Shown here one piece after another: positions 51,206-64,000 of a stretch of 64,000 nucleotides of DNA (position 1 is the first letter of the stretch; each line of letters opens with the position of its first letter). The position numbers and the translations under genes are program-made. The notes beneath the pieces were generated by a model. That model worked only from the letters and a program-made list of their open reading frames with translations, searched no databases and had not been told where the DNA came from. The stretch is from Octopus sinensis (lineage: Eukaryota): the NCBI RefSeq assembly GCF_006345805.1, contig NC_043013.1, forward strand, positions 35,278,001 to 35,342,000. The letters are read 5' to 3'.

Positions 51206-51224
51206 AGAGAAGAGACATACATAC

Positions 51225-51465
51225 ATCATCATCATCATCATTGTTCGACCGTGGTCGAGACAATGGAATTTACCATGCTACGCCAGACTTCACAGTCCAT
51301 CATGGCATTACGGAGGTCCTGTTGCTGGATGCCCATATCCCTGGAGATTACATCAGGGTAGGAGAATGTGCGCCCTCTGGCATTGCGAGTAGATGGCTTC
51401 CAGGGGAGAAGAGTAGAAATTACCTCTTTTTCAGCTCTACAACAATGTCCAGCAAACTGGACTCT
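51225..51465 (-). mobile_element. RTE/RTEX-like LINE C-terminal fragment with (GAT)n tail
   Basis: RRVQFAGHCCRAEKEVISTLLPWKP...RGRTFSYPDVISRD...LRNAMMDCEVWR. Confidence 0.8.
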
Positions 51466-52020
51466 CCTACATACATACATACATACTTACATCCATCCAT
51501 CCATACACACATACATACATGCATACATACATACATACATACAAATATACATACATACATACATACATACAAACATACATACACACACACATACATGCAT
51601 TCATACATACACACACATACATACATACATACACACACACATACATACATGCATGCATACATACAAACATACATACATACATACATACAAACATGCATCC
51701 ATCCATACATACATACATACAAACAAACATGCATACATACATATATACATACATATAAACATACATGCATATATATCTTTTAGTTTTCACTTGCTTCGGT
51801 CATTGGACTATGGCCATGCTGATGCAGCACCTTAATAGGTTTATTTAGTCATAAAAATCAGCCCCAGCACTTTTTCTAATCTAGTACTTATTCTATTGGT
51901 CTCTTTTGCCAAACTGCTAAGTGAGGACAAGTAAAAAAACCAACACAAGCAGTGGTGGAGAATAAACACATGCACAAAGATATATGTGCAGATATATACA
52001 TATATACACACATACACTTG

Positions 52021-52054
<34 letters not shown>

Positions 52055-52428
52055 AGCACACACACACACATATACACACAGCAAGCAAGCTTGAAAGATT
52101 TCGGTAAACAAATCTATCCTAATTCTTCTTTTTCTTTTGATCTTTGTACTTATTGTATTGGTCTCTTTTGCCTAACCACTAAATTACATGGATGTTAACA
52201 CACCAACACCGTTTGTCAAGTGGTGGTGGTGGTGGTGGACAAACATAAACACACACAAACACACACAGAAGCTTCTTTCAGTTTCCATTCACTCAGAAAG
52301 CTTTGGTCAGCCCAGAACTATAGAAAAGAAAAAGATGCTTACCCAAGGGGCCATACAGTGGAGCTGAACCTGGAAACATGTGGATAGAATGCTAACCTCT
52401 TACCACACTTCCACATGTACTATATGCT

Positions 52429-52468
<40 letters not shown>

Positions 52469-53650
52469 GGTACATAAAGACATACATGCATATGTGAATA
52501 AACATACACAGACTTTACTCTGGGATTTTTCTTAAGTCTGCCAATATTTATCAGAGGCAAATCTCAAACATTCTACCATGGGCTGACTATTATATTTAGT
52601 TCTACAATATACAATTTATATTCTTTGTTCACGAACAAGAGATTCCTGTAGATTTCTTTTTTGTAAAACTAGTTTGACAAAATGATATTCTAATTGCTCT
52701 ATATTTACCTATTTTTACGTATGTTTGTTTTTGATGTGAAATCTTTTGTCAAAAGCATCGTGGCAGTTAAGATTTTATTTCAGAAGCAACATGGAATAAA
52801 AGATTTCGACAAGCAAAAATACTCAAGTCTTTTAGGCTATTTAAGATAAGATGTGAGCATTTTCATTCCATTTCACATCACAATTTTTGTTTACTTTCAT
52901 TTTTTTTTTCTTTTTTCCATTCTTTTTTTTTTTTTGTTATGCCTCGAATCTTCTTTTTGGCAAAGATGATGATGGCTTGAGACAGATTAGGATGGAGGAA
53001 AGCTTGGCATGATTAAATGTGACATGATTTCTGGCAATCTTATCTCTAAGCAGGAAAAGAAAGCAGTCAAATTTAAGCCAGTCACTGTTGATTTGGGGGC
53101 TGGATTCTAAGATGGCAGCAATATGTCATCAGGTACATAAGAATCAGAGGGGTCATCATGAGAGAAGATTTCTTAAATTTCTACTTCAATAGAAAGATGC
53201 TTAAAGTGCAATGACTGGTGGTGATTGAATTGGTCAAATAAAGAGGTCTCTCGGTGCTGTTGCAGAACAAATCTGTTTACTAATATGGAGAAGGTTTACT
53301 TGGATGAAGGAACCATATTATTAAAGAATCATTGCTTTTTTTGCATTTCAGCATCTTTAATTTGTTATTTCATATATGTGTGTATGTATATATAATATAT
53401 GTATGTATATCTCTTCTATTTTTTAATTATTATAAATCTTCCACTGTATGTATATATGTATGTATGTATGCATGTGTGTGTAATGTATGTATGTATGTAT
53501 GCATGTATGTATGTAAGTATGTATGCACGTGTGTGCGTATGTATGTCTATATATATGTATATGTATATATATATATATTATATATATATATTATATATAT
53601 ATATATTGATGATGATATATATATATAAATATACACACACATACACACAC

Positions 53651-53685
<35 letters not shown>

Positions 53686-54369
53686 TGTAGATGCTGGCAT
53701 GGCTGTGTGGTAAGAAGCTTGCTTCCCAATCACATTGTTCTGAGTTCAGTCCTGCTGCGTGGCAACTTGGGTAAGCTATCTTCTACTATAGCCTCGATCA
53801 AATGGATGTACAAGCACGTGGCTTAGTGGTTAGAGTGTTGAACTCATATTGAACTCATAATCATAAGATTGTGGTTTCAATTCCTGGGCCTGGCAACACG
53901 TATTCTCGAACGAAACATTTCCTTTCAAATTGCTCCACCCCACTCAGAGCAATCCTGTGACAGACTGGCACCACTACCTGGGTAGGAATATATACACCAG
54001 GGAAACTGAGGAACCAGCCCTAATGGCTTTACCTTACCGTTACTTGTAAGTTTATTTGGTAAATGGAAACTATAAGATGCCTGTCATGTGTGTGTGTGTG
54101 TGGAGGGGGTTGTATTTATATCCCTGTAACTTAGCAGCATTGGCAAAAGAGACTGATAGAGTAAGTACTAGTCTTAGAAAAGTACTGGGACAATACTGTG
54201 GCCAACCTTCACTGGAAAGCATGCAAGGTTTAGTGACAGGAAAGGAATCCATCAATAGAAAATCTTCTACAATGAATTCCATCCGATCCATGCAAGAATG
54301 GAAAAGTGAACATTAAAACAATGATGATGATGAAGAAGAAGGTACATTACAACACTTCGATCTTCTTTA

Positions 54370-54930
54370 AAACACATTCCTACATAGCAGATACCATTTT
54401 GTCTTGATCGCACCATTCTTTTTCCTCTTGACCCAAAATTACTTAGCTAAATTGTCCTCTGATCATTGCCGAGGGCCTTCCAACTGACCTTTTTCTAATT
54501 TCTTGGATAGCAACTGCATGAGCCTACCTGTTGTCTGTGACCCTTGTGACATGTCCTACCCAGGGGAACTTGTGCTTTTGGTACTCTGTAATTGCATTAT
54601 TCACTTTACTCTTTTCTCGAAATATCTCATTTTGAATGTGCTCTCATAATGATGTCCCTAGCATGGATCTTTCCATGGCCCTTGGTGCCATTATTAGTCA
54701 ATGTTCTATCTTCATAATAGCCCATTTCTCACTTGCATATAAGAGTACATGTAGGTTGGTTCTATGTATGGTATTGTCTAGTTTTGCTTTCCACCCTGCC
54801 TTTATTCTCTTTGAGATTTCACCATCCGTATCTCGGCACATATTTATTGTGTGCTCCCAAGTAGAATTGAAAGTGTATTGTGACCAGTGGTGTACAACAG
54901 CATCTGGTGATCTGGTTCATAATGTGATAC
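54370..54930 (-). mobile_element. Decayed RTE-clade LINE RT/thumb fragment
   Basis: YLGST, AMERSMLG.SL.EHIQNE, KFPWVGHVTRVTDNR and KRSVGRP motifs across frameshifts. Confidence 0.85.
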
Positions 54931-55754
54931 TGTGACATAGCAGATAAATATAAAAGACTCAAATTTGAAACTACACAATTTGTTAGAAATCTAAATTCTA
55001 TGTGAAAGAAAAAATGCTTTTAATCTTCAAATCAGATAAAACAACATTTTAAAGTTTAGGCTCCGATCCCCATATTTTCAATTAACCTTTATTATATTTT
55101 CACATTTAGAAATCAATGTGTCGAAGCAAATATTTTACAATTGAATATATCTTATTGAAATTAGAAGTACTTTTCTTTTTTCTATTTTCCAGATAAGTAG
55201 TATACAGCGTGAAGGTTACTAATACATCATACAGTTTCAAAGTAAAACCTGAAATCATATGTTAGCCATGATTTTGACATAAGAAATATCCACATGGAAA
55301 TAATAATAATAATAATAATAATGATGATAATAATAATAATAATCAATTCGATTTTGGGTTCTTAAATTGAGGTTAAATGCAGATTTTAAAGGTTTTGATG
55401 TGAAAATATCAATAAATAAGCTCAATGAAATTATTATCCTTGACTAAGCATATCCCTCGCGTTAAACTGATAGCTACTCATATACACACTGAGGTACACA
55501 TACACATGCAAATTCTTAACATAGCACTTAAAGCAACATGCTGTATGTCAACAAATTCTTCTTTTCATTTGTTGCAAATTGCCTCATTTTTATGGAACAC
55601 TAGCACATAGGCCTTTCTCACTTGAAACTTACAAATAAACAACAACAAAAACCAAACTAGAAATAACACTCAAATACATGCAAATACAGACTTGTTTATA
55701 TATATATATATAAACACACAGATATACATACACAGATGCACACATATATATATG

Positions 55755-55786
<32 letters not shown>

Positions 55787-55837
55787 CGCACACACACACA
55801 CACATATATATATATATACACAAATATATATGTATTT

Positions 55838-55874
<37 letters not shown>

Positions 55875-56679
55875 TGTGTTTGTATATATATATATGTGTG
55901 TGTCTATATATGTGTATATCTGTGTGTTTATATGTATGTAAGTATGTATGCTTGTATGTTTGTTTGTATGTATGTATACATTATCTTTCAATTTGGAAAG
56001 GCAAAGGTACCAATATACTTAAAAGTTACCGAAACCACTTATCAACAGAATAATTTCTTTAAGCTAAGCAAGATGGTATTTCCCACCTTCTTTGATCGGT
56101 GTTAAGTAGAATAGACACCCTAAAAGCCATCAGACCTTTCAAATACTTTCTTTGAAAGGTAGATGTGACAATTATTTAAATATTTAAATATTATGCCATG
56201 AACCTTAAGTTCAATTGACATATATATATATGTACACACACACACATACACACACACGCACGCACGTACACACACATACACATTCCTACATTTAACAATC
56301 AATTATAAAATTGTTGCTAATTTATTTCAAAACTTCCACAGATCTTCAAAGATCAGAGCTGAGAATTTTGACAAGTTATTACTGTCAAAGGTCATATTTA
56401 ATTTCTAGGATATTGCCAAGAGTTATGTCTGAAGCACAAATGCTACTTGAGAAGCTTGTTAAGAAAGTGAAGATTGATGCGAGAACTATGATTTCCGAAA
56501 GAAAAGGGGAAAAGAAAGAAACAAAACAGGAAAACAACTGTTATTCCTTTCTTTCACGATAAAATTTTAAAAGTAACTTTTAATCAAAGTAATATTTATC
56601 ATTACTTTGTTTTTCTTATAAGTTTGCAAAAACGTTGCTTATCCTCCTCCTCCCCTCATCATCATCATCATCATCAACG

Positions 56680-56900
56680 TCATCATCATCATCATTTAAG
56701 GTCCATGTTCTCTGCTGATATATGTCGGATCGTTTGACGAAGGTCCAACGAGTTGAGGATGGCAGGATCTTCCAGTGTCGGCTTCGGTGCTTTGGTATGC
56801 TTTCTATGGCTGGATGCCCTTCCTAACATCAAGCACTTTACACAGTGTAATGGGTGCCTTTTTTTCCATGCCACCAGTATCACTGAGGTCACCAGACAAT
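56680..56900 (-). mobile_element. RTE LINE 3'UTR fragment
   Basis: Reverse complement of the AGGAAGGGCATCCAGC block with CAT-repeat tail. Confidence 0.75.
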
Positions 56901-57467
56901 TCACAAGTCAATCCCCACCAGACACACACACACACTCTTTCTCTATCTCTCTTTCTCTCTCTCTCTCTTTCCCTCTCTTTCTTTCCCTTTCTCTCTTTAT
57001 CTCTCTATTTCTCTCTCTCTCTTTCTCACTCTCTCGTTTTCTCTTTCTCACTCTCTCGTTTTCTCTTTCTCTTTCTCTTTTTCTCTTTCTCTCTCTCTTT
57101 CTCTCTCTCTTTTTCTCTTTCTCTCTCTTTCCTCTCTCTCTTTATCTCTTTCTCTCTTTCTCACACCCTCTCAGCAGTGCATCAGCATGGCTGCAGCTCT
57201 GAGCTGACACTAGAGAGAAAAAAAAAAAAGATAATCTAGAAGTTAGTTTCTCATGGTCAGTTTCAGAGTGACCATTGGTTTTGCAACTATAGGCAATTTA
57301 TCACACTCAAAAATTCTGACTCTGACAAGTCACCCATACAACTAAGCACTTTGTACATGTGAAGCCAATGGTCATTCTTTGACCAGCCACAACAATCAAC
57401 CTTCTCAGTATTACTACTCTAATGTTTAAGAGTGTGCATCTTTTCAGATACATGAACTACTGACAAA

Positions 57468-57519
<52 letters not shown>

Positions 57520-57574
57520 GATCTCTCATCTATCTATCTATCTATCTATCTATATCTATCTATCTATCTATCTA

Positions 57575-57614
<40 letters not shown>

Positions 57615-57621
57615 TCTATCT

Positions 57622-57737
<116 letters not shown>

Positions 57738-58059
57738 TTGTATATGTATATATATATATATATATACTTAGAGAGAGAGAGAGGGGGGCGAGATAGATTA
57801 GATTGATAGATTGATAGATAAATAGATAGATATACATACATACGCATATGTATATATCAACCTATCTATATGTGTGTGTGTGTGTGTGTGGTTAGAAGCT
57901 TGATTCCCAACCGCAGAGCTCTGGGTTCAGTCCCACTGCATGGCCCCTTGGTCAAGTGTCTTCTACTGTAACCTCATACCTACCAAAGCCTTGTGAGTGG
58001 ATTTGGGAGATGAGTTCAAGACCTTAACCACTAAACCATGCAACTCCACAAGCTTGGAG

Positions 58060-58360
58060 GAGAGGTAGGTGAATTATATCAACCCCAGTTAACAACTGGT
58101 ACTTATTTTATCGTACCCCCAAAAGGATGAAAAGCAAAGTCAACCTTGATGGGATTTGAACTCAGAACATAAAGACAGACAAAATGCCACTGAACATGCT
58201 TAGCATGCTAAGGATTCTGCAGACTTACCACTTTAGAATTTTCCATTATTGGCATGGCATCCCAGCAAGTTGGTAGAAATGTTAGTGATCTGGGTGAAAT
58301 GGTTACCGGTATTTCATCTGTCTATTCGTTCTGAGTTCAAATTCCACCGAAGTCGACTTT
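58060..58360. mobile_element. Two SINE family B copies in inverted head-to-head arrangement
   Basis: 58060-58230 (-) and 58268-58360 (+); GAACTCAGAAC/GTTCTGAGTTC are complementary. Confidence 0.8.
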
Positions 58361-58579
58361 ACATTTTTAAACGGCAGTGCATCAGCATGGCCGCAGCTCT
58401 GAGCTGAAACTAGAGAGAAAAAAAGAAAAGAAAAAAAATGACATTGAGGAGACAAGAGAACAGTCATGGATATATGTTCCAGCTGAAATAACTGTCATCA
58501 GGACAGCAATTGTTTTACTTTATTGTCTGTAGCCTAGGGACTTAGAATTTATATACAGAGGAATGGAATACATCTAGGT

Positions 58580-58930
58580 GGCACTTGAGAACACACATCA
58601 GGCTAAGTGAAATTGGAATTGTGTCTGTTGCCAGTGTCATGTAAATGGCACCCGTAGAATTGTAGCTGTGGTCCTTGCTGGTGGCACGTAAATGGCACCA
58701 TGCAGGTGGCACGAAAAAAGCACCCATTACACTCTGTAATGTGGTTGGCATTAGGAAAGGCATTAATCTGTAGAAACCATGCTAAATAAAACTGGAACCT
58801 GGAGCAGCTCTCTGTCTTACTAGTTCCAGTCAAAACCGTCTAACCCATGCCAGCAGAAAAAAAGGGGACGTTAAACGACAATGACAACGATGTTGACGAT
58901 GATGACGACGACGATAATGATGATGTTGAT
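58580..58930 (+). mobile_element. RTE LINE 3'UTR fragment with GAT/GAC tail
   Basis: Shared tail block. Confidence 0.75.
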
Positions 58931-59347
58931 GAGCAAAGGGAAATTACTCAGATTAGCTACATCTTGATTTATTAAAGTATGTAATTGAGCATGAATATTC
59001 GCAAATATTTAGAGAGAGAATATTGCCAACATGAGATTGTGATGTTGTTTAGTAAATTTGATTGCTGAGGTAAATTCTCTGAGGTACCATTGTTGGCATA
59101 AGACTGAGTAAATCAACATAGAGAGTGTGACAAATCTCAAAATACCTTGCAGTAAAAATTGGGAGGAAACTAGGTGTAGGTATGACTGTGTGGTAAAAAA
59201 AAAGCCTGCTTCCCAACCATATGGCTCCAGGTTCAGTCCCACAGTATGTTACTTTGGGCAATTGCCTTCTTTTGTAGACCAGAGCCCTGTGAGAGGACTT
59301 AGGTGACAGAAACTGAAAGAAAGCCATCATGTGTATATATATATATA

Positions 59348-59442
<95 letters not shown>

Positions 59443-59506
59443 CATATATATATACATATATATATACATATATATATATATATAATATATATATATATAC
59501 ATACAT

Positions 59507-59542
<36 letters not shown>

Positions 59543-59976
59543 ATATGTGTGTGTGTGTATTTTTTATTCTTTTACTTGTTTCAGTCATTTGACTGTGGCC
59601 ATGCTGCAGCACTGCCTTAGTCAAAGAAATCTACCCCAGGACTTATTCTTTGTAAGCCTAGTACTTATTTTATCCATCTCTTTTGCCAAACTGCTAAGCT
59701 ACAGGGACATAAGCACACCAATATTTGTTGTCAAGCGATGATAACGAACAAAACACACAAATACAAACAAGTTCTTCAAAGTGGTGTTCCAGCATGGCCA
59801 CAGCCCAAAAGTTAAAAGATAAAATGCTCTGCTGATAAACTCAAATAAAGAGGAATCATGAGTTGTGGCATTCATGCTTTTCCAGTTGTGAGGAGAGAAT
59901 TTCAAGCCTGGGTCATTCGCTTTATTTACTGAGAGCACTCTCATTGGTGCTACTGAACCAACAGCATGTATGTGTG

Positions 59977-60012
<36 letters not shown>

Positions 60013-60139
60013 AGAGATGCATGTGTATTCATGACTCACTAATACACAGCATAATTGAAAGTTTGTTACCTAGGAGATACAAATAGGGCTGAAGGTGATT
60101 GTAAAATAATGACAGGACAGGAGTTAGAGCAAAGAAAGA

Positions 60140-60385
60140 AGAGAATGAAGGGAAATTTTGTCTCTGCTGACAACAAAAGGTTTCTCTGTATGTAAAAATA
60201 GCAGACTGAATGAAGCTTGTATGAGGGGAACGTTGTGCTATACAGTAGAGGGAGATGTGGGCACTGAATGTGAAAAATCTATTGGGAGCTTCTGAAGAAA
60301 AACTTAAGTGACCATAGTTTCTTGGATGTGAGATATAAACTTGCAAAAAAGACAGCAGACAAGTGATCTAGCAGAGCCTCTGAAT
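60140..60385 (+). mobile_element. Decayed RTE-clade RT fragment
   Basis: LLTTKGFSVCKNSRLNEAC...WALN...VSWM resembles the RTE segment LL.TKGLS..VKGRLY.AC...E.W....RWM. Confidence 0.6.
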
Positions 60386-60510
60386 GCTGGTACTGCTCAT
60401 GTAGGGGCATGTGATTCAATTGAATCATATATATATAATACATAATATGCTCCCAAGGTATTGATCAACCTGAGGCTATAGTAGAAGACACACACCCGGG
60501 GTGACATGCA

Positions 60511-60597
60511 GTGTCTTGGGGAAAATTTGAATCTGGGTTCTCATTCCTAAGGCATTTTTCGATGTTGTTGTAATTATTACTTTTATTATTATTATTA

Positions 60598-60645
<48 letters not shown>

Positions 60646-61306
60646 GAGTGAGAAAGCAGTTCATGCCATCAAAGTGACACTGGGGTAAAATATACGAAGC
60701 CCAGTATACCCATCACGACTACCTGCCTGATAAGGGTACACCAGGCACGTGCATCACAACCATATGTGCGATATGGTGATCTCATATCAAGATAAACAGC
60801 AAATGACCTTGCAGGTGGGGCCCAGTTAGAATTTTCTTCTGGTCAAGTTGCCCATCACGCTCAAAAGGTCCCTGAGTTAGGATTGTTTAAGGATGTTGAA
60901 TGAACTACCCATGTTTCCAAAGGTGAATTATTCAAACCCCAAAGAATCCCTCTCAACACATGGCTATGATGCTCCCCCACTACTTCTGCTTGTGGCCAGA
61001 GATGCACATATCGTCAGCCACTAAGGAACATGCTCAACTGGTTACGGTCAAACAACTGACAAGCAAATCTGTGGTATTGAGCAGAATTTTGTCCTTGTTT
61101 GTCCTCTCTATGTTTAGCCCCTTGTGGGTAATAAAGAAATAGGTATTGAGCAGAATATTTGCTGTACCCCATCTTTTATACCAAAACAAAACAAAGTACA
61201 TGATAACACTTCCAATCAGTTAAGATCAGAAGCCATGAGAGCCACTGTCTGGTACTGCATCAGAGCATTTTATTGTTATTATTATTATTTTTATTATTAT
61301 TATTAC

Positions 61307-61371
<65 letters not shown>

Positions 61372-61436
61372 TAAGTGCCTGGAATCGAACTTGGAATCTT
61401 GGGGTTAGTAGCCTGCGCTCTTAACCACTATGCCAC
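60511..61436 (-). mobile_element. SINE family E copy whose internal (TAA)n carries a nested element
   Basis: Head at 61378-61436 (B box GTTCGATTCC) and body at 60511-60570 match 216-526; 60646-61270 lies in between. Confidence 0.85.
60646..61270 (-). mobile_element. Second copy of the (TAA)n-targeted element, itself containing a 54-bp SINE B 3' end
   Basis: Reverse-complement homology to 30666-31209; insert 61088-61141 flanked by TSD GGTATTGAGCAGAAT. Confidence 0.9.
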
Positions 61437-62339
61437 TATGCCCACAGGCATGATGATGATGTGATGATGATGACGACGATGATGATGACGATCATGATGA
61501 TGATGATGACAATGATGATGATGATGATGATGATGATGATGTGATGATGATGACGACGATGATGATGATGGCAACAACAACGACGACGACAATGGCAACA
61601 ACGATGACGAAGACGGTGATGATGATGGTGATATTGATGATACGGTCATACTCCACTGAACACTAACCGAACTGACACTCACTGACACCCCACCTCCCAC
61701 CATATGTGTTATCATTGAAAGTAACTGATGTCACTGATAATGCTCTATGCTGCAGACTGCCGCCAAAGTGTCCCCAGGAATCTGACAATTTCCTGTCCAA
61801 GCATGTGAGCCTTGTAGAAAATGTAGAAAATTTCTGGTTTCACTTTGATAGTATAAATATCACATGATATGATCTAAGCAGACCATAACGGGCCTAAACA
61901 CCTAGAAGTCATCCTGAATTTCCCTCGACCATATGACTCTATCACCTAACATCTGATGAGATGCAAGTGTTTTACACACACATGAAACTTGAAATCATGT
62001 GGAGCTGAGTCAAACTGTTCTAAATTTATTGTGTTTTGTAGGTTTTCAAGCTGTATGGTGACCTCATTAGTGCCAGTGGTAGGCGAAAAAGCACTCTGTA
62101 ACCACAGAAGAGTGGTTGGCATTAGGCAAAGCATCCAGATATAGAAACCATGCCTAAGGTGTTACTAGAACTCGTTGTGGTCCTTGCGGATCCATGAGAT
62201 TCTGTCGCAGCAACCAACCCCTGCAATAATGTAGCATAGATCTTAAATGGTGATGACGATAATGATGATGGAGATGACAGTGTGAGGGGGATGAGAGAGC
62301 GTTCTCAATAAGTATATTGAATGTACAGCAGAGGTATAT

Positions 62340-62538
62340 TTTACTTATCTTTTACTTGTTTCAGTCATTTGACTATGGCCATGCTGGAGCACCACTTATT
62401 TTTTTAAAAGCTGAATACTTAATGTATCAGTCACTTTTGCCAAACCACTAAGTCACAGGGATGTAAACACAACAAAACCAGATGCCAAGCAGTGGTGAGG
62501 GGACAAACACAGACACAAAGACACACACACATAGATAT

Positions 62539-62581
<43 letters not shown>

Positions 62582-62768
62582 AATATATATATATATATAC
62601 TAATATATATATATATATATATATATGAGGCCTCTTTCAGTTTCCATCTACTAAATCTTCTCACAAGGCCTTGGTCAGCGCAAGAAGACACTTTGCCCAA
62701 GGTGCCATGAAGTGGGACTGAACCCAGAACCATGTGGTTGGGAAGCAAGCTTCTTACCACACAGCCAC
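62340..62768 (-). mobile_element. SINE family A
   Basis: Head and tail present with partial internal deletions. Confidence 0.85.
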
Positions 62769-63269
62769 AAGCTTTGGAATCTGATATTCCTCTTGACATG
62801 CCAATATCACAAGAATTATTTACCATTCTCTGCATCACGTGTCAGCCTTAAACCAGCACCAAAAGTACCATGTGTATCAAGCTAAACAGAATCAGAAAAA
62901 TATTGGAAATATTTGAAATTTACCATTCTTGTTTCTTTCCAATGCTCTTTTATGAAATAATTCTATTTATCTTTTAATATGCTGTCTCCAAATGAGGAAT
63001 CTTATTTAGTGTTTTTGCCTGCAGGTCAAAGAGAGTATGTGTGTGTATGTGCGTGAGAGAGAGTGCACATATTCTATACAATTGGACAATTGATAATTCT
63101 ATTTACTTAAACACACATTCACACACAAACATGTATATGTATATCTATACATATATTTATATGTATGCATGTGTGTGTATATATATATATATGTATGTAT
63201 ATACATATGTGTGTATACATATGCATATATATCCATATGTGTATATATGTATATATATGTATATGTGTG

Positions 63270-63422
63270 TGTAGCTTGCTTACTAACCACATGGTTCCGG
63301 GTTCAGTCCCCACTGCATGGCACCTTGGGCAAGTGTCTTCTACTATAGCCTCGGACCGACCAAAGCCTTGTGAGTGGATTTCGTAGATGGAAACTGAAAG
63401 AAGCCCGTCGTATATATGTATA

Positions 63423-63493
<71 letters not shown>

Positions 63494-63756
63494 CATATAT
63501 ATATATGCATATATATATATACATACATGTATGTGTATGTGTGTATAAGTTTGTCTGTCTGTGTTTGTCCCCCCAAAATGACTTTCCAACTGATGCTGGT
63601 GTGTTTACGTCCCCTTCACTTAGCGGTTCAGCAAAAGAGCCCAATAGAATAAGTACTAGGCTTACAAAGAATAAGTCCTGGGGTCGATTTGCTCGACTAA
63701 AAGGCGGTGCTCCAGCATGGCCGCAGTCAAATGACTGAAACAAATAAAAGAATAAA
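63270..63756 (+). mobile_element. SINE family A, young copy with expanded central (TA)n
   Basis: Head to tail intact, CpGs retained. Confidence 0.9.
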
Positions 63757-64000
63757 ACAACATGCATACATACATGCACACATATATACACATATATATA
63801 TACTTGTATTTAGAAAAATACAGAGACATAGTCAGATAGAGAAGAACATGAAGAGGAGTTACACAAGAGCTATTGATAATATTGTATACTATGGATATTA
63901 AGCATTATAATCATTAATAATCTCATGGTTTCATAAAATAAACGGCTTGAATTTTAATGACTATATACTAGTCTATAAATACTACCCAAAATCTGAAACA

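Noticed and set aside
56311-56562. 83-aa plus-strand ORF and overlapping minus-strand acceptor
   Set aside because: No recognisable domain, a non-ATG start in the track, and contradictory splice signals on both strands
61953-62000. CTGATGA...CATGAAACTTG hammerhead-like motif
   Set aside because: Cleavage triplet ends in G and there is no stem I; likely chance

Overview
AT-rich eukaryotic DNA, almost certainly from an octopus (inferred from SINE and LINE-tail sequences I recall from Octopus genomes, not from a search). The window looks intronic or intergenic and is dominated by repeats. It holds more than 20 copies of one tRNA-derived SINE (family A), about 10 of a second (family B) and several other tRNA-headed SINEs. 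It also holds many 5'-truncated RTE LINE ends, three R4/Dong-type LINE fragments, a CR1/L2-like fragment, one decayed DD34D mariner, two adjacent decayed DD37D (maT) transposons, and long TA/GAT/GA/TATG/TAGA microsatellite fields. No intact, recognisable host CDS is supported; the long ORF-track entries are simple-repeat translations or transposon remnants. The most interesting signal is a set of hammerhead-ribozyme-like cores inside non-coding mobile elements. One is near-canonical in the 3' part of a tRNA-headed SINE (308-353, minus) and one sits at the tip of a long fold-back element (10491-10724). Other signals are a shared GGTAT target-site start for two SINE insertions, a non-coding element targeted to (TAA)n, and low-confidence candidate micro-exons.
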